Source: a virus (Duplodnaviria > Caudoviricetes). Taken from it: a DNA stretch of 64,000 nucleotides. Below, piece by piece: positions 49,718 through 59,136 of this stretch. Under the pieces are notes generated by a model that worked only from the letters and a program-made list of their open reading frames with translations, searched no databases and was not told where the DNA came from. The position numbers and the translations under genes are program-made. Location of the stretch: the IMG/VR virus record IMGVR_UViG_3300012983_000031, positions 1-64,000 of that record; one strand, 5' to 3'. Each line of letters opens with the position of its first letter. The stretch's first letter is position 1.

Positions 49718-50023
49718 TCATATCTTAGGGAAATTGAAGCCGCTTGTTAGGCTTGACGGGGTCATTGAACCCATTCCCCTTGTTATATTCGCCATTTGAG
49801 ACGATATGTTGGAGTACTTTGAATTGTATTCCTCTTGCTGTGCCTCGTACTGCTTCTGCTGCTCCTTCTGGCTTTCCTGTTCATCCTGTACATACTGGTC
49901 GTACCTGTTGTACAACATCATTATGTCATAGAAATACATTTTTCCAAGAACATCTGGAGTGATGTGAAGCTTCATCGCGAACACAAGCTCAAGATCAACA
50001 TATTGACTGTAACGGATTTGAAA
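49718..50023 (-). CDS. gp51-like baseplate hub assembly protein, probably reached by +1 frameshift from the upstream gene (track start GTG 49984)
   Basis: Frame is open upstream to 50056 with no ATG; reads FQIRYSQYVDLELVFAMKLHITPDVLGKMYFYDIMMLY. Confidence 0.6.
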   Translation of the reverse strand, partial: FQIRYSQYVDLELVFAMKLHITPDVLGKMYFYDIMMLYNRYDQYVQDEQESQKEQQKQYEAQQEEYNSKYSNISSQMANITRGMGSMTPSSLTSGFNFPKI

Positions 50024-51047
50024 GGATGAAAATATTGCGCATTCCGCCTCGAAATGTCAACGGGATTTCAACCTCTGCCCCGTCCTCATTCACATACTTG
50101 ATTTTTGGTTCACTTGCATTTCCCAACAGCGTTGTCACATGAGACACGACTGACCATTCCTTTACGCCCCACAGACGCGAAGAAGCGACAAGCTCCTCAT
50201 ATGAACTCTGTGTAAGTCCACGGAAATCACGTATCAACATAGGTGCATATGTGAGGAAGTCCTCGTCATACCCCTCCTTAGCGTTGATCTTCTGTGCTGC
50301 ATATTTCTTCAGCCATTCATTGACACCAAGCGACGGGATATGGATCTTCATAAGCGTTCCGTTGACATTGAAATGGAAACACTTGTCATCACTGTTGTAG
50401 AATTTCATGACTTCATCAGGAATCTTAATGAAGTTAATCATTTCCTTGACAACAGGTATCTCCTTTCCTTCAGAAATAGGAACCATTAACTCATTTTCTC
50501 CGTTCAAGAATGTAAACTCTTTGATTGCCAACAAGATATAAAATCTGTCAACATTCTTCAAATCTTTCCAGCAGTTACCAGGGTACTGTGGATTCTTCAC
50601 TGAACAACATTTTTCGATCATATAGTTGAGAATATCATCCACTCTGGAAAGCTGATTGATATCCTGATCGTTCATTGTAGACCAGTGCTTGATTTCCTCA
50701 CCACGAGCTGCACGAATGCTTATCTCAAATCCGTCTGGATAAAACATTCCTCCAGTAGGAAGCGAATCAATTGGAATCTTAAGCCAACCGATGTTATCTC
50801 TATAATGCAAGCCAGAGCCGTCTTCCCTTGTCACAGGAATGTCATCTCTTCCATGTGTCCTGTTTTCACGGGCAATTTCAGCCATAGTCTTCTGTGGCTG
50901 AACATTTTCCTGACTTGGTTGTTCACTAACTGTCTGCATACCTGCAGTCTTGAATGGATTTTGCGTTACTGCGCCGTCCTGAAAATCATTTTCTTCTTGA
51001 GCAACATAAGCGCTCATGAGATCTTCTTCTCTTGTTTTCTTAGCCAT
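49995..51047 (-). CDS. Baseplate hub/tail assembly chaperone, T4 gp26-like
   Basis: LPTGGMFYPDG...EEIK...DLKNVDRFYILLAIKEFT...EIPLTFRGGMRNIF. Confidence 0.65.
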   Translation of the reverse strand: MAKKTREEDLMSAYVAQEENDFQDGAVTQNPFKTAGMQTVSEQPSQENVQPQKTMAEIARENRTHGRDDIPVTREDGSGLHYRDNIGWLKIPIDSLPTGGMFYPDGFEISIRAARGEEIKHWSTMNDQDINQLSRVDDILNYMIEKCCSVKNPQYPGNCWKDLKNVDRFYILLAIKEFTFLNGENELMVPISEGKEIPVVKEMINFIKIPDEVMKFYNSDDKCFHFNVNGTLMKIHIPSLGVNEWLKKYAAQKINAKEGYDEDFLTYAPMLIRDFRGLTQSSYEELVASSRLWGVKEWSVVSHVTTLLGNASEPKIKYVNEDGAEVEIPLTFRGGMRNIFILSNPLQSIC

Positions 51048-51071
51048 TGCCTTTGAATGTTCTTTTATATT

Positions 51072-51103
51072 ATTATACTTGAAAGTTGAAAAAACGATTA
51101 AAA
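51072..51103 (-). promoter_or_regulatory. Middle-type promoter TTTTAATC-N18-TATAAT
   Basis: Exact bipartite motif with 18-nt spacer. Confidence 0.8.
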
Positions 51104-51117
51104 TCTAAAGAATTATT

Positions 51118-53040
51118 TTATATTTCGTACATAAAATCAAACATTGAACTGACAGATCCGTCCTCATTCTGTACAACAATTGACATTTTTCTGTCAGTGT
51201 CCTGCACACCCATAAGCTTAGTGATCATGACTGAACTTATATTGAATTCAAGCTCACCTACATACAGGTTCATGTTCTGTGTGTATGTAGGCTCTATGAC
51301 AACATCTATGCCATCAGAACCCTTGAACATTAACTTATAATAACCGTTTGAAAGATCCAGATACGTATACGTTCCGTTCGTTCCTGTCTTCTTAAACGTA
51401 AACTTATAGCTCTTCGGTGCAGAACTCATCGAAAGCACGTATGAGTAATTACCCTGAACTGGATCGCCATGATCGTCAAGAACTATATCCGTTGAATTGT
51501 AGAACATCTTCACGTATTTCGTTCGCTGAAGCTGATTACCGTTGCCGACAAACTCATGCTTGTTCTCTATAATCTTATTGAATATCTTATAAGGTTTGAG
51601 CTGGTTCATCTTCAGTGTCGTCCCCTTTGCATAATATTTCTGAAGATCATCATACAGCGACAACGTCGCCACCTTCACGAACTGAACCTTGTCATGTGAA
51701 TTGATGAACCTCATCGTGTACACAATCTGTACATTGTTTATGTACATTCCAAGTTCCTGATCAAATATTGTCGGTCTGTAATAGAATATGTGAGGGTCTG
51801 TCTCGTTGACGAAAATCTGCGTCATCGAATACGTCTCTTCCTTCGCTACATGATCACCCATGCAGAACGATGTCTTAATCTCATGAAGACATATCCATTT
51901 CTTCATGTCATACTCAACCTTATAGTCATCATCAATCTCATAATCGTAATGATCCCTTATCAAGCTGGTGTCATAAAGACGTATCGTCTTGTTGAACTGC
52001 CAAACTATTTCACTTGTAAGCGGGTTGTCCATCCATGTAGCATAGAACATCAGATAAGGAACATCTGTACATTCAGATATATACGCTCCCAGATTATCAG
52101 AATTGAGGAAAGATGTAGGAAGGCTTCCGTTGAGAACAGACGAACGCGTGAAATTCAGGTTAACCATGTCGTTCGTCACGACATTAGGATTGGCGAGCTC
52201 GGATATGCTATAGTCTATTCTGTTTATTTCCTTGTCGTCATCAAATATGTACGCAAAGTTCAGATTAAGCATCGTCCAGTTCTTTATGTTAACATCCTGT
52301 ATGAACTGGCTGACCGAAGATGAGCTGTCATTCACCCTCATCAGGTCATAAAGGCACGGAACTTTGACCTCTATGTACCTGTCATATATGTTGTTTCCGA
52401 AAATTATAGGTGTAGGAAGGAACTCGACAAGCTTGAAGAACGTTGACTTATTCAGGAAGAAATTGCAAAGATCAATTTCCCTTTCAATGATCCTTCCCTG
52501 AGCATCCTTCTGGTCATTTCCGTCAGCGCAAAGCCTCATCATGATTCCATATACGTTGCTAAAGTCATATCCGTTGACAAAATACAGTCTCATTGAGTCA
52601 AACCGTATATCTGGAACCTTATAGTAATATCTGCAATAAGGGTTAGATGAGTTTTCACCCATCGGATCTGAAAGATATTTCGCGTATTCCCTTGCTTTTA
52701 TTTGATCTGGATCAATTGAGTTCATAATGGAATCATCAATGTACTCATAATCTGGATCAAGAAACGAATACCACTCCGACAGGTTCACATCCTTCGGGAC
52801 TGAAAGGTGATTCAGCGTATTTATTGAAACAGGTTTTCTGATCTTCTTGTATGAGTCAGACTCAACATCCTTCTCGCACTCATATGAAATTGGAGAAAGA
52901 ATCAGGTAGCGCCCGTCCACCTGTTTTGTATATATGAACGAAATCGATTCGAGATTTTCATAGTCGGCTCCTTCGCCGAGCATGTCCATCTCGAACATCA
53001 TTATGTCACTAATCTGCAAATATCTCTTCTTGTTAGCCAT
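51118..53040 (-). CDS. Hypothetical structural protein
   Basis: 640-aa ORF; GATAAATA at 53213-53220 inside the upstream gene. Confidence 0.8.
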   Translation of the reverse strand: MANKKRYLQISDIMMFEMDMLGEGADYENLESISFIYTKQVDGRYLILSPISYECEKDVESDSYKKIRKPVSINTLNHLSVPKDVNLSEWYSFLDPDYEYIDDSIMNSIDPDQIKAREYAKYLSDPMGENSSNPYCRYYYKVPDIRFDSMRLYFVNGYDFSNVYGIMMRLCADGNDQKDAQGRIIEREIDLCNFFLNKSTFFKLVEFLPTPIIFGNNIYDRYIEVKVPCLYDLMRVNDSSSSVSQFIQDVNIKNWTMLNLNFAYIFDDDKEINRIDYSISELANPNVVTNDMVNLNFTRSSVLNGSLPTSFLNSDNLGAYISECTDVPYLMFYATWMDNPLTSEIVWQFNKTIRLYDTSLIRDHYDYEIDDDYKVEYDMKKWICLHEIKTSFCMGDHVAKEETYSMTQIFVNETDPHIFYYRPTIFDQELGMYINNVQIVYTMRFINSHDKVQFVKVATLSLYDDLQKYYAKGTTLKMNQLKPYKIFNKIIENKHEFVGNGNQLQRTKYVKMFYNSTDIVLDDHGDPVQGNYSYVLSMSSAPKSYKFTFKKTGTNGTYTYLDLSNGYYKLMFKGSDGIDVVIEPTYTQNMNLYVGELEFNISSVMITKLMGVQDTDRKMSIVVQNEDGSVSSMFDFMYEI

Positions 53041-53798
53041 CAGAAAGCAAAAAGTTTTCTACCGAACGTCACCTGAACCCCTGGAACAAGAATAACCTTG
53101 TTGTTGTATATCGTTCCAGACGCTCCAACTCCATAAATGAAATACCAGTTCTTTTCAAACCTTCTTTTCAGGACTTTGGACTTTTCTGGGGAAAGGATTG
53201 TTCCGTTTAGACTATTTATCTGACAATATGGATTGTCCGTCTTTGCGAGGAACGACAGCTTGTCTCCCTTCTCTATGATGTCTACTGTTATGTTGTTCGG
53301 AACCGAAATGGAATCGAACTTCACTGTCCCCAGCATCTTGCTGACATCGAACGAAGACTTTCCATTTATGGAGATCCATTGATCGTTATGATTCACTGGA
53401 AAGAAATAGTTTCCCTGTGGATCTATTTTAACGGTATCATGGACTTCTATATCCTTGTATTTGATCTCCGTCTTTATCTTTGTCACGACAATCGGGTTTT
53501 CCTTTAGATTCTTCACCTCGTTATACAGTTCCTCATTCTTCAGTTTCAGATTTTTTATATCCGTGATCGCTGAAGCTCGTTCCTTGTATATTTCCCCAAT
53601 CTTGTTCTTATACACCTTTATCGTGTCTTCTGTGCTGTCCACAAGATTATAATATTTGTCTTTCATGTATGTGTATTTGAATTGCAATATGCATACACAT
53701 ACGCACGCGAGCACGAGCAACGCATGTGTGAAATCTGAGAAGATCCACTTAAATGCTTTGACGAAAAAATTTTTTATAGCTTTCCAGACATTTTCCAT
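53040..53798 (-). CDS. TM + coiled-coil + C-terminal beta-hairpin protein, spanin-like candidate (alternative start 53852)
   Basis: HALLVLACVCVCIL TM, heptads, C-terminus WYFIYGVGASGTIY...VPGVQVTFGRKLFAF. Confidence 0.65.
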   Translation of the reverse strand: MENVWKAIKNFFVKAFKWIFSDFTHALLVLACVCVCILQFKYTYMKDKYYNLVDSTEDTIKVYKNKIGEIYKERASAITDIKNLKLKNEELYNEVKNLKENPIVVTKIKTEIKYKDIEVHDTVKIDPQGNYFFPVNHNDQWISINGKSSFDVSKMLGTVKFDSISVPNNITVDIIEKGDKLSFLAKTDNPYCQINSLNGTILSPEKSKVLKRRFEKNWYFIYGVGASGTIYNNKVILVPGVQVTFGRKLFAF

Positions 53799-53852
53799 TT
53801 TATTTTTGGTTGAATTTTTTGCGCGTAGATTTGAGTCTTCATTTTGACTCAT

Positions 53853-54226
53853 TTCCTTTTTTCTTTCTTTTTTTGCTTTTTTCTTTTTATTTTCTTTTTC
53901 AGGGGACCATTTTCGGGGGCCTATTTAAGAATTTACCTTTTTACTTATTTTTTGTTCTTTTTCGAGGGCCACCCCAATAATATAATAATACTAATAATAT
54001 CTTCTTAATATATTTTTAAATTTAAAATAACTTTCCTTTTCCAAAAGCCCTCACTTTATTATACTACCGCCACGGCCAAAACGATTAAAATTTTTACAAC
54101 TTTTTTTCGAGAATTTTTTGATTAAACTTGTAACTTGTTGATTTTCATTTAAATAAAAATGTAATTTATACAATGTTTAAATAAGGAAATTATAGTAAAT
54201 CATTTAACTATTTATTAATCAGATAA
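53853..54226. other. Long AT-rich non-coding region; candidate replication origin
   Basis: Largest intergenic gap in the window; polypyrimidine tract; three TTTC(A/G)(G/A)GGG..CC motifs; promoter at 54058-54090; strand skew changes nearby. Confidence 0.45.
54058..54090 (-). promoter_or_regulatory. Middle-type promoter TTTTAATC-N19-TATAAT
   Basis: Bipartite motif with 19-nt spacer. Confidence 0.7.
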
Positions 54227-54964
54227 TTAGATTAAAGTTACGTTGTTTGATAGAATTTCCTCAAATGTCTTTCCAGTTAAAGGTGAAGGTTCTTGAGGAT
54301 CCTTTGTATCAATAACTTCTGACATTGTTTGAAGAACTTCTATTAGTTTGTCACCATTAACTGCCTTTGCTGTCGCATTTTCGCCCAACGCTATGGAATT
54401 TGCATTCACATTAACTGTTTCGGCGGTAAGGTTAACTGTTGCCCCACTTGAGATGTTCACTGCACCTCCACCGCTTGCGATTATGTTTACGTCGCTGTCA
54501 TTCACTTCAATTACGTTGCTATTGTTTCTGTGGTGAAGCCTGATTGATCCGTCAGCGTCAATTATTATCATAGACCCAGCGAGATACATTTTGTATCCTG
54601 TCATTGGCTGATATATGACAAGAAGCTCCTTTTCTGAATCGTAGAGAACAACATGTGTGTTTTGATAATCTGACTTTATTTCGTCAATAAGCGCTGGATC
54701 GATTGTCTGTATGTTTGAATATTCTCCAGAATATAAGTCACCAAAAGGAAATCGAACACGGACAATTGTTCCTATTTTTGGAACAGACAACGAACCACCA
54801 CCATGTTCGCTGCTGAACATTGTTGATGATTGTGGTGTAAACCACGGAATTTGTTCTGTAGAAAATTCTTCGAATAAACCGAATACGTTTATTTTACACC
54901 TGCCAGAAAATGTAGGGTCTTCGTTGAATACGACTCTTCCAATAAAGTCTTTACTTAAATCCAT
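54227..54964 (-). CDS. Baseplate central spike, gp5/VgrG-like OB-fold plus beta-helix (no lysozyme domain)
   Basis: GRVVFNEDPTFSGRCKINVFG...IPWF...SLSVPKIGTIVRVRF; short beta repeats. Confidence 0.8.
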   Translation of the reverse strand: MDLSKDFIGRVVFNEDPTFSGRCKINVFGLFEEFSTEQIPWFTPQSSTMFSSEHGGGSLSVPKIGTIVRVRFPFGDLYSGEYSNIQTIDPALIDEIKSDYQNTHVVLYDSEKELLVIYQPMTGYKMYLAGSMIIIDADGSIRLHHRNNSNVIEVNDSDVNIIASGGGAVNISSGATVNLTAETVNVNANSIALGENATAKAVNGDKLIEVLQTMSEVIDTKDPQEPSPLTGKTFEEILSNNVTLI

Positions 54965-56907
54965 TATGTGTTCTCCTCGTTTCTTATTGTTTTGTAATTT
55001 TGTATGAATGCGTGCAGAACAGGGTTTTCTGTTGCTGTTGATTTTTCCAGTTCATCAATATATGCCCTGAATGTGTTGTTAGCTATAGCCGCTCTTTGTT
55101 CATCGGAAACACCCTGCACTGCCATTGATTTCATTTCAGGTCCGTTGTATATCCTGTCCGCTGCGGCGTTCATTGTCTCCCCGATGCTGATCATTGCATT
55201 AACAAGTTCAGATCTTTGGTGTGTTGCCCTGCTGCTTCGTTCAACTATGTTTCCGTTAACTCCCAAATCAGTGGCGATGCTGACAGCTTCTCTCATTGCC
55301 GTTGTAAAGAGTGATGCGGATGCGGCGGACTGTGGAGCGTCGTCTGGACTGTAATTCATCGTTGTCATATGGTTCTGCATCATCTTTGACATCCTTGATA
55401 TAGATATAGTGTTCGCGTCGGCTACGCCTATTCCATACTTAAGGTTCTCGTTGTACTCTATAAGTCGTGAAGGCATTTTGTTGTTCAAATATCTTTTGTT
55501 CAGAACGTCATCATATATGAAATTACCTTGCTCTGGAACCTTTTCTCTTCTTGTTTCCTGAATTTCTTGCCTGCTGTCTGTGTTGCTGAACGCCGTTGCA
55601 TTGCTTCCGTAATCACTCAATGTTTTTGCATACCCGCTTCCATATTCTACTGGATGGAGAGCCTTGTTCAATGGAAACGCTTGTTTTTCACGAACTTGAC
55701 CAACCTTTATTCTGAGTCTTGGCTCCGCTGCAGTTGACGCACTGTTTGATGCACTCAAACTGCTGATGTGTTCAAGAGTGTTTTCAATGTCAAACTCACA
55801 CATATGACACTCGAAACAAAGAGTTGGCATAACTTCATTTATAGCGTTGTTGCAATACTCCCTCATATCGAGTGCCCCTGTTATTGAGTTTATTGCACTT
55901 TGTGCTGTCTGCAATGCGCCTGCCGTGAAATTCAATGCTTTTGATATGACGCTTTTTGTTCCAAGAAAAGCCTGTGATACGGCTGTTGCAGTTGAAATCG
56001 TGTTTGTGATCGTTCCAAGAAGATCCTTTTGTGGCTTTGCATATGTCATGTTGCGAACTTCAGCGTTTCTGAAATCATATAGTGTTCCGTTTTGTCCGCT
56101 TTCATTCTTTACGTCACTGAATAGTCTTATTTCAGATACATATATTCTCATTCCGAAATATCTCATCATGTCTGGTAGAACCCATCTTTGGTACACGTCA
56201 TCCCACACTATCTTTCTGTACAGTTGGAGGAGCTGTGTTATTTTAAGGTCTATACCTTCAAGACATGTAAGTTCTATGGCTACATCCTTTCCAAGACGCA
56301 TACCTCTTTCCGTGTTGACTTCTGCCAATTTATCCAAGCCATTAATTGACTGGAAATAAAACGGGAAGTTTTCCTGTATGTCTTTCAGTGCCATCTTGAA
56401 TGTTGCCAGAAGAGCTGCGCGACCGTGATCGCCAAGATTCATGTCAAGATAGTCTTCCGTTGAATATCTTTTACCTGTACTAACGTCATTCGACGTTGCA
56501 CTTCCAGCAAAGGTGATAGCAGCATCATCAAGGAAAGGTTCTGGCATGTAATCATACATAACTGAGTAATCGGCGGTTGCGACGGCGCTGTGTAATACAC
56601 TTTCGTTATTGTACGCCGTGTTTCTTGATCTGTTGTCTGGATCGTTGAACATGAATTCTATTCTGAATGATAGATATGTCGGTTCGTCGAACATTCTGGC
56701 GAAGAAGTTCGGTCTGAACATACTTTCCTGTGCAGCAAAACCGTTTGTGTGATAATCTCTCACAGTACCTGGTGACACATTGTCCTTGGTGAGGCTTTTC
56801 ACCTTCTTGATGATGCTGCCAGCTGATTGAGCGAGACCTCCAACGTTATTGATAAGTCCGCTTACGCCTCCTCCGCCTATGTTTAATATTTTATCATGAA
56901 TTGCCAT
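54964..56907 (-). CDS. Baseplate/tail-tube-associated structural protein
   Basis: 647-aa ORF in the baseplate operon. Confidence 0.7.
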   Translation of the reverse strand: MAIHDKILNIGGGGVSGLINNVGGLAQSAGSIIKKVKSLTKDNVSPGTVRDYHTNGFAAQESMFRPNFFARMFDEPTYLSFRIEFMFNDPDNRSRNTAYNNESVLHSAVATADYSVMYDYMPEPFLDDAAITFAGSATSNDVSTGKRYSTEDYLDMNLGDHGRAALLATFKMALKDIQENFPFYFQSINGLDKLAEVNTERGMRLGKDVAIELTCLEGIDLKITQLLQLYRKIVWDDVYQRWVLPDMMRYFGMRIYVSEIRLFSDVKNESGQNGTLYDFRNAEVRNMTYAKPQKDLLGTITNTISTATAVSQAFLGTKSVISKALNFTAGALQTAQSAINSITGALDMREYCNNAINEVMPTLCFECHMCEFDIENTLEHISSLSASNSASTAAEPRLRIKVGQVREKQAFPLNKALHPVEYGSGYAKTLSDYGSNATAFSNTDSRQEIQETRREKVPEQGNFIYDDVLNKRYLNNKMPSRLIEYNENLKYGIGVADANTISISRMSKMMQNHMTTMNYSPDDAPQSAASASLFTTAMREAVSIATDLGVNGNIVERSSRATHQRSELVNAMISIGETMNAAADRIYNGPEMKSMAVQGVSDEQRAAIANNTFRAYIDELEKSTATENPVLHAFIQNYKTIRNEENT

Positions 56908-58540
56908 TTTGCTCAGTTGTATCTTTTGCTATTATTTCAGGTGTAGGCCATTCTCTGCGCTTTAGCCTAAACATCGTTGTGTATGGTGACATTCCTGTTT
57001 CGCCACCCGTCATTGGTTTGTATGAATATTCCACGCTGTCCACATAATAATACCCAGAATATAATCTGTTGTATTCTCTTGGCATGTCTGTTTCTGTCGA
57101 GTTGTACATTTCTTGTTCTATTGTGTTGTTAAAAACGAGCAGGACAGGTATTCGTTCACCTCTCAATATCTGCATATTCAGTCCAGAGCAATACACGTCG
57201 ATGTACATTTTATTGAATTCGCTCATGTTTTGAGAATTATGAATTGGTGCCCTGTTGTAGTTTTTATGCACATTGCCAGACCACTTGTTAGGATGCTTAT
57301 TTCTTTCATCATCACTCAAGACATATTCAACACCTGTCCATTCTACCCTGTTATACAGACCAATGTAATCATAGTTAACACGAGCCTGTTCGGTTTCTGG
57401 ATTTTTGTCGCGATTATATTTTGTTCTGCCTCTCAAAATAGTGAAGGAATCAGTTTTGTTTTGATCATATGAAGGTATGTTTGTGAGAGTCTCGAAACAA
57501 TTCCAATCACCTTGATTTATCATATTCTGATTATGAAGAAATGTATATGTTGTTGTTGCATAACCTTTTGATAATGAAACCTTTGTAGATTTATTTAATG
57601 GATCCCATTTTTTGATGTAGAATGGTGTCTGCATAAATTCCTCTATATTTGATAATATCTTTGCAGCCATCATCGCATTTCCAACAGAAGAATCCACAGT
57701 TAACTGGTTGTACATGTTAAGCACATTTGTTGCGAACGTCACATCAACTTCCTCATCGTTTTCAGTTGAAAGCATGAACTTATTTATATTTACGAAACAG
57801 AGATTGTAATACAAGTCTATCCATGATTTGAAGAATGATGTTTCGTTTTTCCACGCATGTTCTGTGACAGAATTTAGAAATGAATCTGTTCTTTCCCTGC
57901 ATTGAATCCATGTCATGAAATCGTCTGTGTCATCTGAATCGTTGTACGCAAATCCGATTCCGTATGTTTTCGCCACTTCTCTCATCACGTTTTTAGATGT
58001 TCCTGTTATGGCATGAACAGCAGCCTTTGATTCGAATCCAGGGATAAACAGTCTTCCGCTTAGTGATACGCCGTTTCCCATTTTTCCATAACTTCTGTTA
58101 GACACAGAACATCGTGTTATCAAAAATTCACATCTTATGAATGTGATCGCATTTGTATCTGTTCTTATGTACAAAGAAATGATGTCACCATCCTTCGGCA
58201 TGTTTTTGCTCACGAAGTTTGTATCTTCAAAAACGAGCACAAGATCAATGGTTGGTATGAAACCAGTTTGTCTTATGCTCATTGACATGATGTTTTGTCG
58301 CGACAATATCATGTCGTTGATCCTTATCATTGGAAACGCCAAACCCAATTCAGATGTTTTAATGTTACCGCCTTGCGTCGTTGTCGGATCTGGTGTGTCA
58401 GGAACGGAAATCTCATCAAACTGTATGGTTTTAATAACCGTAGGGTCTTCCACGAGTCTGATGATGTTCGCTGGCTGTGACTCCATTACTGGGACGTAGC
58501 TTGCAGGTCTGTCTGTTATGTTATTAAGTACGATGCTCAT
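56894..58540 (-). CDS. Baseplate hub protein, gp27-like
   Basis: Lies between gp53- and gp5-like genes; GFIPTIDL...PKDGDIISLYI...LRGERIPV...YSGYYYVDSVEY. Confidence 0.6.
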   Translation of the reverse strand: MSIVLNNITDRPASYVPVMESQPANIIRLVEDPTVIKTIQFDEISVPDTPDPTTTQGGNIKTSELGLAFPMIRINDMILSRQNIMSMSIRQTGFIPTIDLVLVFEDTNFVSKNMPKDGDIISLYIRTDTNAITFIRCEFLITRCSVSNRSYGKMGNGVSLSGRLFIPGFESKAAVHAITGTSKNVMREVAKTYGIGFAYNDSDDTDDFMTWIQCRERTDSFLNSVTEHAWKNETSFFKSWIDLYYNLCFVNINKFMLSTENDEEVDVTFATNVLNMYNQLTVDSSVGNAMMAAKILSNIEEFMQTPFYIKKWDPLNKSTKVSLSKGYATTTYTFLHNQNMINQGDWNCFETLTNIPSYDQNKTDSFTILRGRTKYNRDKNPETEQARVNYDYIGLYNRVEWTGVEYVLSDDERNKHPNKWSGNVHKNYNRAPIHNSQNMSEFNKMYIDVYCSGLNMQILRGERIPVLLVFNNTIEQEMYNSTETDMPREYNRLYSGYYYVDSVEYSYKPMTGGETGMSPYTTMFRLKRREWPTPEIIAKDTTEQNGNS

Positions 58541-59118
58541 TTACTTTGTTCTATTGCGGCGTTTAAGAATTCTCCTATTGATGTGCCGTTTGTCGCACAG
58601 TTAACTATTGTTGTGTCAAGGTTTCCGAAATAAATCTTTCCATCTTTGATTGTTATTCCAGAATCACCCTTCTTCGATATGTTAGGTTCGATTGGTTCTC
58701 CGTTTCCAGGTATAGGTGTTGTGTTGACATCTGATCCTGATTTATCTGGAACCTTCGATTTATCTATATATTTGTGATAATTCTTCACAGCGTCAAACAC
58801 ACCAGTTGTATCAGTAACGTTCTCCTTAATCGGGTTGTAAATTTCTGAAAGCGACACACCGTATATCAAATCATCTTTTTCTATAGCGAACGGATTATTC
58901 ATGAGGGAATATTTCATAACCATTTCTGCATAATCGGATGTTCCATACAATGATGTTGAAATAAGATCTGGTCTCATTTCATATTCTTTTCTGACTTTGT
59001 ATACACTTCCTATCCTGGACATTGATTTTCCTGGATCGAAAATTCCTTCTGACAAGTCAACGACTTCATTGCCGTCAACCATATATGTGCCTTTTGCATC
59101 TAAACTTCTTGAAAACAT
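58537..59118 (-). CDS. Baseplate wedge protein, T4 gp53-like (LysM-like)
   Basis: YEMRPDLISTSLYG...MKYSLMNNPF. Confidence 0.75.
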   Translation of the reverse strand: MFSRSLDAKGTYMVDGNEVVDLSEGIFDPGKSMSRIGSVYKVRKEYEMRPDLISTSLYGTSDYAEMVMKYSLMNNPFAIEKDDLIYGVSLSEIYNPIKENVTDTTGVFDAVKNYHKYIDKSKVPDKSGSDVNTTPIPGNGEPIEPNISKKGDSGITIKDGKIYFGNLDTTIVNCATNGTSIGEFLNAAIEQSK

Positions 59119-59136
59119 AATATATAAATATTTGAT

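Noticed and set aside
53853-54226. tRNA or known structured ncRNA in the long intergenic region
   Set aside because: No cloverleaf, T-loop consensus or extended pairing visible; a covariance-model search was not possible
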